Positions 1 through 13,716 of a stretch of DNA of 64,000 nucleotides are shown piece by piece. Every line of letters starts with the position of its first letter. Positions within the stretch are counted from its first letter, which is position 1. The position numbers and the translations under genes are program-made. The notes beneath the pieces were generated by a model that worked only from the letters and a program-made list of their open reading frames with translations, was not told the DNA's origin and searched no databases. The DNA comes from Macrostomum hystrix (taxonomy: Eukaryota; Animalia; Platyhelminthes), in the NCBI GenBank assembly GCA_950097015.1, contig CATNEN010000001.1, positions 6,944,001 through 7,008,000 of the forward strand. Direction: 5' to 3'.

Positions 1-2293
1 TTGGGGGAGGCCCTCAGGGAAGAGGCGTTGGGGGCTCTGGTTGCCGTCCCAGGTCACGATGGCAAGTCGATCGGAGATATACGAGTGAATCCAGCGGCGA
101 GTGCCGGTCGGAACTTTCTTACGGCGTAGCTTAGCGATGAGGGCCTGTCGCCACATGCGCTCGTAGGCACGCGAGAAGTCCCCAAACAGCATCGCTGCAC
201 GGTTTGCTGTTTTTTTCTTCTGGAAGCCGTCGAAGACGTACTGGGATGCCGCGGCGATCTGCTCTTCGGTGGAGCGACCGCGGCGGAAGCCGGCCTGGGC
301 CGGGTGGATGAGGTTCTCGGACTCCAGGTAGTGCGTGAGACGTTCGTTAACCAGACGTTCCGCGACTTACGCCGTGCAGGAAAGGAGGCAGATGGGCGGT
401 AGCTGGAGGTCGCGTCCGGGCTTTTCCCCGGCTTGTGGATCGGCCTGATGTCACCGATTTTCCAGGCTGCGCAACACTGACCGTTACGCCATGAAAGGTT
501 CATGGTGAAGAGGAGGAGCTCGATCCCTTTTGGCGGCAGATTCTTCAGCATCAGGTTGGATATCCCGTCTAGCCCTGGGGCGGACCGGCTCGGGATGGCG
601 CGGAAGGCTCGGGTGAGCGCCTCTAGGTCGAAGTCAGCACACATTCCCAGGCGTTGTCCGTTGCACGCACAGGGCTCATTAAGGGCTCTCTTGGCCTCAA
701 GTTTGACTTTGTGGTCCCGCATTTTGTCTTTAGGAAGTTGCGCGACCGTCGCGTACTCTCTACAGAAAAGGTTGGCCTTCTGTGAATTCGTGGTGGCGCA
801 GATGGCAGCGGATGGTCTGGCCGCCGGTGTCCGCCCGTCGAGAACTCGGATTATTCTCCAGATCGCGGCCGAGTCCAGTTTATTGTAGTTGTCGGATATG
901 AATTCTTGCCAGAGTGCCTCCTTGGCCCTACGGATGGACGCGGTGGCGAATGCACCCGCGGCTTGATACGCCACGGCGAGCTCGTCGTTGTCAGGGTCTG
1001 CGCGGAGAGCTTCGAGGGCCTGACGTCTGGCGGTGCACGCGGTTTCGGCCTCTGGGCTCCACCATGCCACTGGGGCTCGGCGCGAGCCCTGCGGAATAGC
1101 TCCGCGAGAGGCTGTACGGATGGCGTGGTTCAGTTTGGCTGTTGCTCCAGCGACCGAGCGGGTGGGCGGTGCTGCCAATGCTTGAGTTCTTCGGTGATGA
1201 GCTCGCGGAAAAGGGTCCAGTCTGCCTTATGGTAGGCGAGGCGGGTCACCCGTTTCCGCTTTGGGGGTCTCTTGGAGCTGTTTCGAATCTCGATAACAAT
1301 GGGGAGATGGTCGGATCCAATGTGTGCCTCCGTCTCCCAGGTCATCCGGTCTTGCCAGTTGGCCGGAGCGAAGGTCACGTCCGGGGCGCTGGTCACGCCT
1401 CTAGGGCTGATTCTGGTGAAGGAGCCATCGTTAAGCGCGACGTAGTCGAACGTCGTGACCCAGTTTTCGAAGTCGGTCGCCAGGGAGTCGTCGGTCTCGC
1501 AGCTCTCGTCCCATATCCCGTGGTGCGCGTTAATGTCGCCGAGGATGACGGTGTCGGGGCCGGATGGGAGCCAGTCTGGTTCGAACTCGCTGACCCGTCC
1601 GTCTCCTGCACGGACCGGTGGGATGTAGATGTTAATGATCTAGAGTGGGCGGCCGATACGCGGGTCGTAAATTGTGACCGCGGAGGCTTCCGTGGCCGAG
1701 TTGATAGCCTTGGGGGGTGGAATCTGGAGCTCGGAGAAGTCGATGCCTTCTTTGATCAAGCAGCAGGCTCCGACGTGCGGCGTCTCTGCCGGCTCGCCAG
1801 CGCGTCGGTCCCTGCGGGCGGGAATTTGCCAGCCCGGCAGTCTTGGGAGGGACACGGTCGCCGCTAGTTTCGTCTCCTAAATACAGGCGACGTCGATGGG
1901 CTTGGCCTCGAGGAAGTGGAGTTCGAGCTTACGGGCGTGGAGGCCGGCGGCGTTAAGTTGTAAAATGCGGAAGCTGTCGCCGGGACCATTCTGGTTACAC
2001 AGGTCTCTCTGGCGAGGTTCCGTGGTGCTATTGGGAATGGTGGTTGGTCTCGCAGTAGGACGGTGGATCGGACGGCTGCTGCCGTTACCCTCGGTAGGCG
2101 CTTGGGGCTGCCTCGCTGTCGGGTCAGGTGTCCAGCAATTGCGGCAGTACCAGGGTGAGCGATGCACCGCGTTGATCTCGGCGATGCTCAGACCACTGCA
2201 AGCCATATGCCACCAGTGGGCGCAGGTTTGACAGCGTGTTGAGTGGCCGAGGCCAACGTTAGTGCTGCAGCCACCGCATGGGTACGACGTTGG

Positions 2294-2344
2294 TGGCCCA
2301 GGGTTGGTCTCCACGTCGCCAGCTCGGAGGAGCAGCTGGGCCAG
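2294..2344 (-). other. 2A-like StopGo ribosome-skipping peptide (LAQLLLRAGDVETNPGP)
   Basis: Extending ORF 1877..2314 upstream in frame gives HLAQLLLRAGDVETNPG/P, matching the GDxExNPGP consensus, directly before the PHD finger. Confidence 0.85.
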
Positions 2345-2416
2345 GTGAGCAGGGGAGGCTGGTCCAGCTGGGAAAAACCCGAGGTGTCCTGTCCCCAGAC
2401 GATGTCCAGGGTCAGC

Positions 2417-2480
2417 GCTGCACTTCGCCGGGGGTGAGTCCGGACGGTCCCGCCACGTGAAGGCGGCAGCATTGGGAAGC
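2417..2480 (-). ncRNA. Candidate degenerate HDV-like ribozyme at the LINE 5' end
   Basis: Minus strand reads gcttccc-aat-gctgcc-GCC-ttcacgt-GGC-gggacc-gt-CCGG-actcaccc-CCGG-CGAA-gtgcagc. This gives P3/L3, P4, a CGAA J4/2 and P2 (gctgc/gcagc) in HDV order. P1 pairs only about 4 bp. Confidence 0.5.
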
Positions 2481-2516
2481 GCGCCAAGGCCCCCCCATCT
2501 GGGGTTACACCAGCAT

Positions 2517-4229
<1,713 letters not shown>

Positions 4230-4239
4230 AAATGTTAAC

Positions 4240-4320
4240 ACATGTGTACTGTGTACAGAATCCAAAGACTGTGTACTGCTGTTCAGTCCGTGGACTGGAA
4301 AGGGCCACCAAATCTACCAA
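4240..4320 (-). mobile_element. SINE family A fragment in the egr 3' UTR region
   Basis: gtactgctgttcagtccgtggactgg matches the family A palindromic core. Confidence 0.5.
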
Positions 4321-4447
4321 AATGTCTACCCGAGCTAGCTATTACGAGTATACGTTCGTAGCAACTTTTTTACAGCTGGCAAAAGTGAACTAGGGAATTT
4401 AGTGTCTTCCTCAGGAACCATGACAAATAAATTAAATAATAATAGAA

Positions 4448-4480
<33 letters not shown>

Positions 4481-5726
4481 ACAGAAATAGTTAATGAATA
4501 CAATAATCGCAAAACACCCCTACCACGCTATTTTTCCGGCTTGGGAGATCGACCACGAGGGTATTTGAAATATTTACTTCACGATATCTGCCAAACCAAA
4601 TGACCGATTTTTGTGAAAGTCCACCATATAAATAATAAATTCCGCCCTTTTCGATAACTTTCAACAATGCCGTCCGATGTCAGAATCGTCGAGATATTCA
4701 ACGATTCTTGTCGAAGACCCTTGGTATTTTATTGAAAATAGGGAAAATGTTTGCCTTTTAATGGCGATTTGTTGAATATTTTGTTTATGAGATTCGAAAA
4801 AATGTGGGTTTTTGAAATACACTGTTTACTATATTATTAAATAGCAAATAATATTACTACTTATATTTGCAGGAGGGCTGCGGGCAATGTCAAATAATTG
4901 GTGACACTAGACCCGCAGCCAGCGAGGAGGCAATTCTGCCCATTTCGCTGACTTGTTGTAACACTCAAGGACTCGAAGGCTTAAATAACTTAATAAGAGT
5001 AGGTCGAAGAGTAAGGTTGGATTTGTGTAGAGGCGATGGACTGTCTAGTTATTCATTAAGATGTCGGTCATAACCTGCAAATTTATTTTGATTGCCTTGT
5101 CTTAGTAGAAAAGTCTTAATTAAGCGTCCAACACCACTGGCTAGGCCGTGGCGTGAAATACGCAGCGAATCCGATTTTAAATACAATTCGCGCAGATACA
5201 TGGAATATAGTAAGCGACAACCGGACTTTCAATAATTGCATGAAAATAATGAATAATATGTACTGTTATAGATTTTATATAGACAAAGATTATAAATACC
5301 CAAGATACGTCACTCAATGCAAAAATCTGGTTTTCGCTCTCATCACACACTTTATGCCATAGACATTTATACTGCTATGCACCATTTCATGAATCAATGC
5401 TGCTATTCTTATTGCCGGAATACTCATACGTGGTACATTGCACAAATAGATGAATTGAACTTCATAAATTTAAGTGAATTTATATCAAATTACGCATGTG
5501 CATAGGTTGTTGCTGGCGCTAGAACTATTTGGCCTGGCAATTTTATAAATAATAATCTTTATAAATAGGGTATTTATAATCTTTGAATATAGATAAATAG
5601 GAGACATTACACATAGACAAACATCACTAAGAGTACAAAAATGCAATTCACATAGAACTAAAAATTCCTAGACAAATAACGAAATAACGACAAACTATGA
5701 ATACGAAATAAATGACATCGTCACAT

Positions 5727-5822
5727 TGTGAGCACACACGCACTCAGACAATGCATGCTGACACACGCTCACATAGGTTTGTACATCTTTCCTGACTTTC
5801 TCATTGTCAGACAGTGTACATT
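5727..5822 (-). mobile_element. 3' fragment of SINE family B
   Basis: Reverse complement (ctgacaatgagaaagtcagg...agatgtaca...gagcgtgtg...gagtgcgtgtgtgctca) matches 48195-48285. Confidence 0.7.
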
Positions 5823-6899
5823 CGCACCAATCTTAAAGCTAGGTTAGCCCTTAAGGGCGTAAATTGCACGAGATTTGCATTATTAGACAAATTACCAAGA
5901 ACAGTTTTTCGTTTGTAAGTTCGACTTAAGTAAGAGAACGCTTCGTATTTTTCTCTTGAATTTGAAAGCCATTTATTGAATTTAATAGCGATTTTCTCTC
6001 TACATTAATTCTGTTGTACTATTTTCTGTGCTATTTTATCAACATGTACTTTTCATTTATCGAGTTTAGAAACTCTCTTACTCTTATATCTAAGCTACAG
6101 CAAATGCCAAAAGTTTTGCTCTATACCGATTTAGAGACAGATTCAATGACAAAAAATCTGAGATTATATTATTTCACTTTGCTACATAACTTTTTAACCA
6201 TTTTTCATTCCATGCACTTCATATATAACATCAGTAAGACAGCTTTTGCATAATTTTGTCCATCCATTTTGTTTTAACTCCTTAACGGCTTTTGCATTTC
6301 AAGAAAAATACACAATAAATGCTTGATGCGTGTTAATGGACCATTTATTGCAGCAACTCTACTTATAGTAGAGTTTTTGTCCTAAATTTGTAAAAAAACA
6401 CTTTCCCCACGTAAACACATAACGATGTAGTGAATTTGTTAAATTTATTATTTTTTGTAATTGTATGTTTGGTTCGGATCGATGTAAATTTTCTTTCGAA
6501 ACTGCTGTGCACCTAATTTTTTCAACATTTTTGCATGCATCAACATACTTTTTTCAGTTTTTCACATTTCTCATGTGTATCAAATTTATTCTTAACGTAT
6601 ATTCCCAATTTTGCAATATTTTATCGAATAGAAGTTTTAAAATATTTTTTATAGTTTGTGTTCTTGGTGTTTTGTTAATTGCCACTTACTACTTAAAAGT
6701 AATAGGGTGTATAACCTCACACACCTCACCAAAGTAGTTGCTTTTGCTACAATTTTGCAAGTATAATTCCCGTTCGATGGAAAATGTCAACAGTGTGTGA
6801 AGAATTAAAGTTTTAATTTGATGTGCAACTGAAACTTTAAATTTCATTCGATTCATTAAATTCTGTCCAACTGGAAGCAGATTCTTCATGATGATCAAG

Positions 6900-7098
6900 C
6901 TCAACTTGCCAGCCAAGAGTAATGTTAACAATAATTGACAACACTTGCCCCAATTTTAATCGATGCTGGTACCCATTTAATAGCTGGATGAACTGGAGCA
7001 ACGCAAAGTTAAGTGTCTTGCTAAAGCGCAAACTTTTTCAGTTGAGTCGGGAATCGAACCCCCGACCTTCAATTCCTGAGTCCGATGCCGTTTCGGTG
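6900..7098 (-). mobile_element. tRNA-derived SINE with CORE-like domain and a divergent tail
   Basis: B-box ggttcgattcc followed by tagcaagacacttaac...ccagctattaaatgggtaccagcat, similar to 7335-7440. Confidence 0.7.
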
Positions 7099-7176
7099 GG
7101 TCAATTTTAATCGATGTAAAAACTTTTTTCTCGATTATACAATTTCAAGTCTTTGCATGAGCTCTTTATTAAGAAA

Positions 7177-7445
7177 TAAATAATAATAATAATAATAATT
7201 GATTACACCTGCCCTAATTGGGTCAGATGTGCAGCCGACAGCACAGCCGCAGCTATTGCGCGGCGCATCTGAAGGCTGCGTACAGTCCATGGACTGGGGG
7301 GACGCCACATCCACCTTCAATTATCCCAGCCAATGCTGGTACCCATTTAACAGCTGGGTGAACTGAAGCACTGCTGAGTCAAGTGTCTTGCTAAAGGACA
7401 CAAATTGTTCTAGTGGATTCGGGAATCGAACCCCCGACCTTGAAG
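7177..7445 (-). mobile_element. tRNA-derived SINE family A with CORE-like domain and (ATT)n tail
   Basis: B-box, CORE-like gtcctttagcaagacactt...cccagctgttaaatgggtacc, palindrome cagtccatggactg and a simple-repeat tail. Confidence 0.8.
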
Positions 7446-7950
7446 TCGGAATTAATGAATAAAACTACTTCCCTTAATTGTTAAATGAGTAAAATGACAT
7501 CAAAGAAAAGGCTTTGCTTGTTTATGACCTATTCCTTTTTGTTTGGGTTTATTATCATGCTAATTAAAATCGATCGTTAAATCTATCTTAAAAATTTAGA
7601 GGTGGGTTGTAGCCATTTTACAATATGAGGTGAAAGTTTATCGGAAGCAGTGAATCTAATGAAGATTAAAATACTATATAAAAATGACAATAAATCACTT
7701 GGGTAGGAAATTCCAGTACAGACTTATTTTACTTTTCCGAAGCCACAAAAATATTCGCTTTGAGCGAAAAGTTAACAATTGAGGTAATTAAGACACGTTT
7801 GAAACGTACCTAACTTTGATTTACAATTAGAAATTTGGCCATTAAAACAAAATTTCAAAAAACTTCAGCAGCACTGTATAACAAAAATAGTTAATTTGAG
7901 ACGACAATACGCAGCAAAAGTGTCAAAGTTTCATATTGCACAAAACTGTG

Positions 7951-9051
7951 TTAACAACTGGTGGCGAGTTCGGCCCAGAGAGAATTCAGGCACACATTGT
8001 CGGGCAGCTCGCCGACGACAAACAGGCAGAGGGTGATGCGCAGTACCAGCTTGCGTCCGTAGCAGTCCAAGAACGCTGGCAGTCGGTTGGGTTGGAAATA
8101 TTTTCTGCGCACACTTCCTGACCTGCGCTTTTTATAGCTGTCCAGAAGCTCCCACGCTTTGCAGTCTTTCCAGTCGGGGAAGAGGATGAAGAACCAGAAT
8201 TGTCCCGGCTCAGTGTCCTCCAGCAGTTCGACTACCCGCTTGACCGTGGCCTCGAGCACTGGCTCCGAGTGGGGCGGGTTCAGCAACCAACCACCCGGGT
8301 GCGCCTTCAAGTCGACTTTGAAGAAGCTGCCCAGACTGCCGTAGACGGCGTCCGTGTCTGGAAACAGACTGCAGAACTTCGAGTCCGGCCTGTCGCGCAT
8401 GCGCAAGTTAAGCGGCGACGAGAAGCCCTCGTACCTGACGCCGCCGAAGTTGTACAGCGCGTCAAACACAGCGGGGCCAGGACTAGACTCGCAGCCGGCA
8501 AAGTCGTTCAGATTGTGGTAGCGCAGGCAAACTAGCGCAGCGCTCAGCTCGCCGCACATTTGCACCAGTCTCGTGACTTGTTTGGAATGTGGCGTTTGGA
8601 ACTTGCCCACAATGAGCCGGCAGTGGCCTTTTTTCTCTGTGTAGATTACCTGACGCTTGTTCGCCAAAGAATTCTCCAAAATTTGGCTTTCTTGCAGTTG
8701 AAGAAACTGACTGATCTTCTCCTGCAGAGATTCAGCAAACTCTGCAGCTTCATCGTCGGTCATTTCAGGAAAGCTGTACCGGTAATAGTTCACGAATTCT
8801 GTCTTGCTTCTGTCGCCTAGAGCACGCGGCATTAGTGGGTATTGGTCGTCAAGTTGTTCCGGGTCCATGACCTGGATTGTCACAAGCCATCTCGCAAACT
8901 GGCTCTTCGCTTTGTTCCACGGATTTCTATGCGGCGCCGGCCGAAACGCTGACGTCCTCTGCTTGAGCCATTTTTTTAGCTCTTCGAATGCCTCGAACTG
9001 GCTGTACTCGCGCTGAAGCTTGGCTTGCACAATGTCCTCTTCTGATGCCAT
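7951..9051 (-). CDS. PCIF1/CAPAM-like cap-specific adenosine N6-methyltransferase homolog, 366 aa, intronless, no WW domain
   Basis: Motifs SQFARWL...YPLMP, LRYH, VFDAL...VRYEGFSSPLN, FCSLFPDTDAVYGSLGSFF, LNPPHSEPVL and FFILFPDWK parallel the PCIF1 motifs ESFNRW, ECFASPLN, YCSAFPDTDGYFGSRG, NPPF and FIVFIPEW (recalled from memory). Confidence 0.85.
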   Translation of the reverse strand: MASEEDIVQAKLQREYSQFEAFEELKKWLKQRTSAFRPAPHRNPWNKAKSQFARWLVTIQVMDPEQLDDQYPLMPRALGDRSKTEFVNYYRYSFPEMTDDEAAEFAESLQEKISQFLQLQESQILENSLANKRQVIYTEKKGHCRLIVGKFQTPHSKQVTRLVQMCGELSAALVCLRYHNLNDFAGCESSPGPAVFDALYNFGGVRYEGFSSPLNLRMRDRPDSKFCSLFPDTDAVYGSLGSFFKVDLKAHPGGWLLNPPHSEPVLEATVKRVVELLEDTEPGQFWFFILFPDWKDCKAWELLDSYKKRRSGSVRRKYFQPNRLPAFLDCYGRKLVLRITLCLFVVGELPDNVCLNSLWAELATSC

Positions 9052-9169
9052 GCTTTTGGCTTTGAAATACTAAATAACTTTCAACTATTATAAACTTGCG
9101 AATCTGAAGTTTGCAATTCTAAATAAAGCTTCCAAGCTTAAAAACTATATTTATACTTTTATATTGTTC

Positions 9170-9235
9170 TCGTTTTTCGTTTTTCGTTTTTCGTTTTTCG
9201 TTTTTCGTTTTTGGATTTTCGTTTTTCGTTTTTCT
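9170..9235. repeat. (TTTTTCG)n microsatellite upstream of the PCIF1-like gene
   Basis: About 9 tandem 7-mers. Confidence 0.9.
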
Positions 9236-9516
9236 TTCAGATAACTTTTCTATTTTGAGCGTGCCACTGCCGAAGATGGCGTATATTAATCAAATGATTG
9301 ACTTATTGATTGTGTCCTATGCAGTGTTAGATCTGAAATCTGTTAGATTTGCGACAGTGGATTCCTAACTTAACCAAGAAAATTGTAGCAGTCTAAATTC
9401 CAGACAGATAATACATTTTAAGGGCTATTTTTAGAATAACCTAAGTGGGTTTACGCCTTCTGTAATTTGAAGGCTAAAGCTGTAGTCTCCTGTTTATTTT
9501 CAATATATCTTCGTCT

Positions 9517-9553
9517 TCTATATATATAAAAGTGAAAACTCTGTCTGTCTGTC

Positions 9554-9592
<39 letters not shown>

Positions 9593-11959
9593 AACCTTTT
9601 GTCTTTATAGACGCCGAAACCGCTCAACCAAATCGCACCAAACTTTGCACATACCTAAAACCACCTACGCTGAGTGCAATAGGCTACTCAAATTCCCGAA
9701 AAATCATTTCCTTCCTGCTCAAAAGTGCAAAAAACTGCTCAAAAATCGTCAAAAAATCACTCAATTCGACATATCGTCGCCCCACTTTGTCAGATTTTCT
9801 CCAAATTTGATCCACTTACACTTTACATGTTTTCCAACAATGCTGTCAATTTTGAACATCTCTACTCAATCCAGAGCAAAGCTGCATCATCTCAAAGTGA
9901 GTCACTTTTTGTTTTCCGAGGACAGCCACCCCAACTCCCCTCCGCCACTCTGCGGGCCAAATTTTAATACAGCCACCCCCTCCCTTCCCCGGGCGCCGAA
10001 GCCCCAGACTGTACATTGCATTTCAAGCCGTGAATGTACACAGCCCAAACCCCTAGACTGTCTACTGGCCCCCAAGCAGCACTGAGACTGAGTGCGGTGA
10101 GTGCGGTGGCGTCCCAGTGCGCAGGGCTCTCCGGTCAATATTTCTCTCCAGCCAGCCTGGGATAGAAGAAAGAGAGAGGCTGGCGTACAGTGCTTTGCTA
10201 AAATACAAGACGGTTATCCGCTGTATCGACGGAGATCACGTGAGGATGGCGGCTTTACCACTCGCATTATTCTATGCAGCCATGGGAATGAAGAGATCGA
10301 TCTGGACAACAGATGGGTCGTTCCCTACTGCCCGCTACTGTCCAAGGTGTTCAATCCACACATCAACGTTGAGTACTGCAACTCTGTTAAATCAATCAAG
10401 TACATTTGCAAGTACGTGAACAAGGGTAGCGACCAAGCAGTGTTCAACATTGAGGGACCTGGAGGCATAGTAAACGAATTTGACGAAGTCAATCGCTTCA
10501 AGAGCGGAAGGTATCAGCTCTAACGAGGCAATGTGGCGAATCTTCGGATTCTCTATTCATGAACGCCACCCAACTGTCATGCACCTCAGTGTGCACCTGG
10601 AAAACGGTCAGAGAGTATACTTTACGGAGGAGAACATCCAGCAGCGTGCTCAAAGGCCACAGGACACTACTCTTACTGCTTTCTTCAAGTTGTGCGCTGA
10701 AGACCCCTTTGCCAGGACTTTGCTGTACCACCAGGTGCCTGCCTATTACACATGGAACGCCTCTTCGAAAGGATGGAAGCGGCGGGTTCAAGGCGCTGCA
10801 GTTCCAGGCCATCCTGAAATACGACAGACTGATGCATTAGCCAGAGTACACGGTGCACCCAAACCACAGTGAATGCTACTACCTGCTACACACCGTGATT
10901 GGTCCGACGTCATTTAGACACATTAGAACGGTGGAAGGCCATACCTGCCAAACTTTTCATGAAGCATGTCAGCGACTGGGACTGCTGGAAGAGCTGGATG
11001 ACCAGGAGCAGCTGGGACAGTTCATAGAGGAGAATGAGCCCCGACTCATGCCTGAGCAGCTAGAGGCGTACCGCGAGCTATTGCGCAGAGTCAACAACAA
11101 CGTTGGTGGCATGGTTTTTCTTGATGCTCCAGGTGGCACAGGAAAAAAATTTCTAATCAACCTCCTTCTGGCAAAGGTCAGGCAACGAGGCGACGTTGCC
11201 ATTGCTGTAGCTTCCTCTGGAATTACAGCCACCTTGCTGCCAGGCGGTCGCACTGCCCACTCAGCACTGAAGTTGCCGCTTGATCTGTCTTGAGCGGAGA
11301 ATCCGCTGTGCAACATCAAGAAAAACACAGGCACTGCCAGAGTGCTTCAGGCTTGCAAGCTTATCGTCTGGGATGAGTGTACCATGTCCCACAAACTGGC
11401 ATTTGAAGCACTCAACTTAACTTTGAAAGACCTGCGCAATAGCAATCAACTGATGGGTGGTGTCACTCTGCTGCTGTCTGGAGACTTTAGACAGACGCTG
11501 CCTGTGATTCCGCGAGGCACTCCTGCTGATGAGATTAATGCTTTCCTAAAATCATCTCACCTGTGGCCATCGGTTGTGAAGTTGCACCTACGAACAAACA
11601 TGAGAGCTACAATTCAAGGAGACGAAACAGCTCATGAGTTCTCTGCCAATCTATTGCGAATCGGCAATGGTCTGCTGGAGATTAGCACAGAGAATGGGCA
11701 GTCATCGATCGCTACAATCGGAACCATTGTGCAGTCAGTGCAGGAGCTCAAGGCAAAAGTTTACCCGAACCTGATGGTTCGATATGCTGACGTTGACTGG
11801 CTGTCAGAGCCAGTACGCCCTTAAACAAACTCTTCACTTTTCATTCATGCAGTAAATAAATAAATGGTGACCTTCACTATAAAGTTAATACAGAGACGTG
11901 AATTGCTTACTGCTTTGCTTTAAATTTCTGCCCCAAAAACAACGGGCAAAAAAAGCTAG
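9517..11959 (+). mobile_element. Helitron derivative 1, internally deleted; retains Rep-helicase linker and helicase motifs I-III
   Basis: 5' TCtatatata and (TG)n. Protein fragments DGYPLYRRR...DNRWVVPY...HINVEYCNSVKSIKYICKYVNKGSD, LSVHLENGQRVYF, FLDAPGGTGK, IVWDECTM and GDFRQTLPVI. 3' gccc/gggc hairpin then CTAG. Confidence 0.93.
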
Positions 11960-12607
11960 TCTATATATATAAAAGTGAAAACTCTGTCTGTGTGTGTGTG
12001 TGTCTGTCTGTGTGTGTGCAACCTTTTGTCTTTATAGACGCCGAAACCGCTCAACCAAATCGCACCAAACTTTGCACATACCTAAAACCACCTACGCTGA
12101 GTGCAATAGGCTACTCAAATTCCCGAAAAATCATTTCCTTCCTGCTCAAAAGTGCAAAAAACTGCTCAAAAATCGTCAAAAAATCACTCAATTCGACATA
12201 TCGTCGCCCCACTTTGTCAGATTTTCTCCAAATTTGATCCACTTACACTTTACATGTTTTCCGACAATGCTGACAATTTTGAACATCTCTACTCAATCCA
12301 GAGCAAAGCTGCATCATCTCAAAGTGAGTCACTTTTTGTTTTCCGAGGACAGCCACCCCAACTCCCCTCCGCCACTCTGCGGGCCAAATTTTATTACAGC
12401 CACCCCCTCCCTTCCCCGGGCGCCGAAGCCCCAGACTGTACATTGTATTTCAAGCCGTGAATGTGCACAGCCCAAACCCCTAGACTGTCTACTGGCCCCC
12501 AAGCAGCACTGAGACTGAGTGCGGTGAGTGCGGTGGCGTCCCAGTGCGCAGGGCGATATTTCTCTCCAGCCAGCCTGGGATAGAAGAGAGAGGCTGGCGA
12601 TCAACTG

Positions 12608-13564
12608 ATGGGTGGTGTCACTCTGCTGCTGTCTGGAGACTTTAGACAGACGCTGCCTGTGATTCCGCGTGGCACTCCTGCTGATGAGATTAATGCTTGC
12701 CTAAAATCATCTCACCTGTGGCCATCGGTTGTGAAGTTGCACCTACGAACAAACATGAGAGCTACAATTCAAGGAGACGAAACAGCTCATGAGTTCTCTG
12801 CCAATCTATTGCGAATCGGCAATGGTCTGCTGGAGATTAGCACCGAGGATGGGCAGTCATCGATCGCTACAATCGGAACCATTGTGCAGTCAGTGCAGGA
12901 GCTCAAGGCAAAAGTTTACCCGAACCTGATGGTTCGATATGCTGACGTTGACTGGCTGTCAGAGAGGGCAATTCTGTGTCCTAGAAATGATGCCGCCAAC
13001 GAAATTAACTACCAACTGCTTCAGGAGTTGCCAGGTGCAGTTTTCACCTACAAGTCAATTGATACAACGTTGACTGATGACACCGCTGTGGAGTATCCTG
13101 TTGAGTTTCTGAACTCTCTAGATCCTCCTGGAACTCCATCGCACAACTTGCAGCTGAAAGTTGGGGCACCAATTATGCTCCTCCGCAACCTGAATGCGCC
13201 AAGGCTGTGTAACGGCACCCGACTGATAGTCAGGCGGCTCTTCCCACACGTGATTGAGGCCACGATAATGACTGGATCTGGCAGAGGAGAGTCTGTGTTC
13301 ATTCCCCGGATTCCAATTATCCCCACGGACCTGCCATTTCAGTTCAAGCGACTGCAGTTCCCTGTGAGAGTGTGCTTTGCGATGACTATTAACAAGGCTC
13401 AGGGACAGTCGCTGAAGGTGGCTGGCATCAACCTGGAGACTCCTTGCTTCTCGCATGGGCAGCTTTATGTCGCCTGCTCCCGTGTTGGAACTCCAGCTGG
13501 CCTATTCATTTTCGCACCAAGGGGAAGAACGAAGAATGTGGTGTATCCCCAGGCCTTGAGTTGA
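12608..13564 (+). pseudogene. Helitron PIF1-family helicase C-terminal ORF, lacking Walker A/B
   Basis: GDFRQTLPV, LKVGAPIMLLRNL...LCNGTRL, RLQFPVRVCFAMTINKAQGQSL, FSHGQLYVACSRV. Confidence 0.88.
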
Positions 13565-13716
13565 CTCGCAAGCAATTAATAGAAAAGTAGTCACGAATTG
13601 ACCTTGACCTGTCTAACTCTGAACTCTGAAACAGTTTAATTTTGTTTCTTTGACATTGTTATTGTTATGCCATGGCTATTTTCCTTATGTATACGCGTGT
13701 ACATGCATACTGTATA

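Larger units (their letters stand above)
1..2515 (-). mobile_element. Decayed APE-type non-LTR retrotransposon (Ingi/I-group-like): 2A peptide, PHD finger, APE endonuclease, N-terminal part of RT; continues beyond the left edge
   Basis: Minus-strand ORF pieces: PHD (CGGC...CQTCAHWWHMAC...WYCRNC); APE motifs ILQLNAAGL, DVACI followed by TAG where Q is expected, and GSDHLPI; RT-proximal APGLDGISNLMLKNL...IRPIHKPGK...SYRP. Several frameshifts and stops. Confidence 0.9.

Noticed and set aside
4500-4760. Possible MITE with weak internal inverted symmetry
   Set aside because: Could not define TIRs or a TSD.
7951-9517. Capture of the PCIF1-like gene by the adjacent Helitron
   Set aside because: The gene lies outside the TC...CTAG termini, about 470 bp from unit 1.
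9532-10085. ORFs in the Helitron 5' arm, repeated at 11994, 14132 and 16463
   Set aside because: They start in the (TG)n microsatellite at non-ATG codons and show no Rep or zinc-finger motifs; non-coding terminal sequence.
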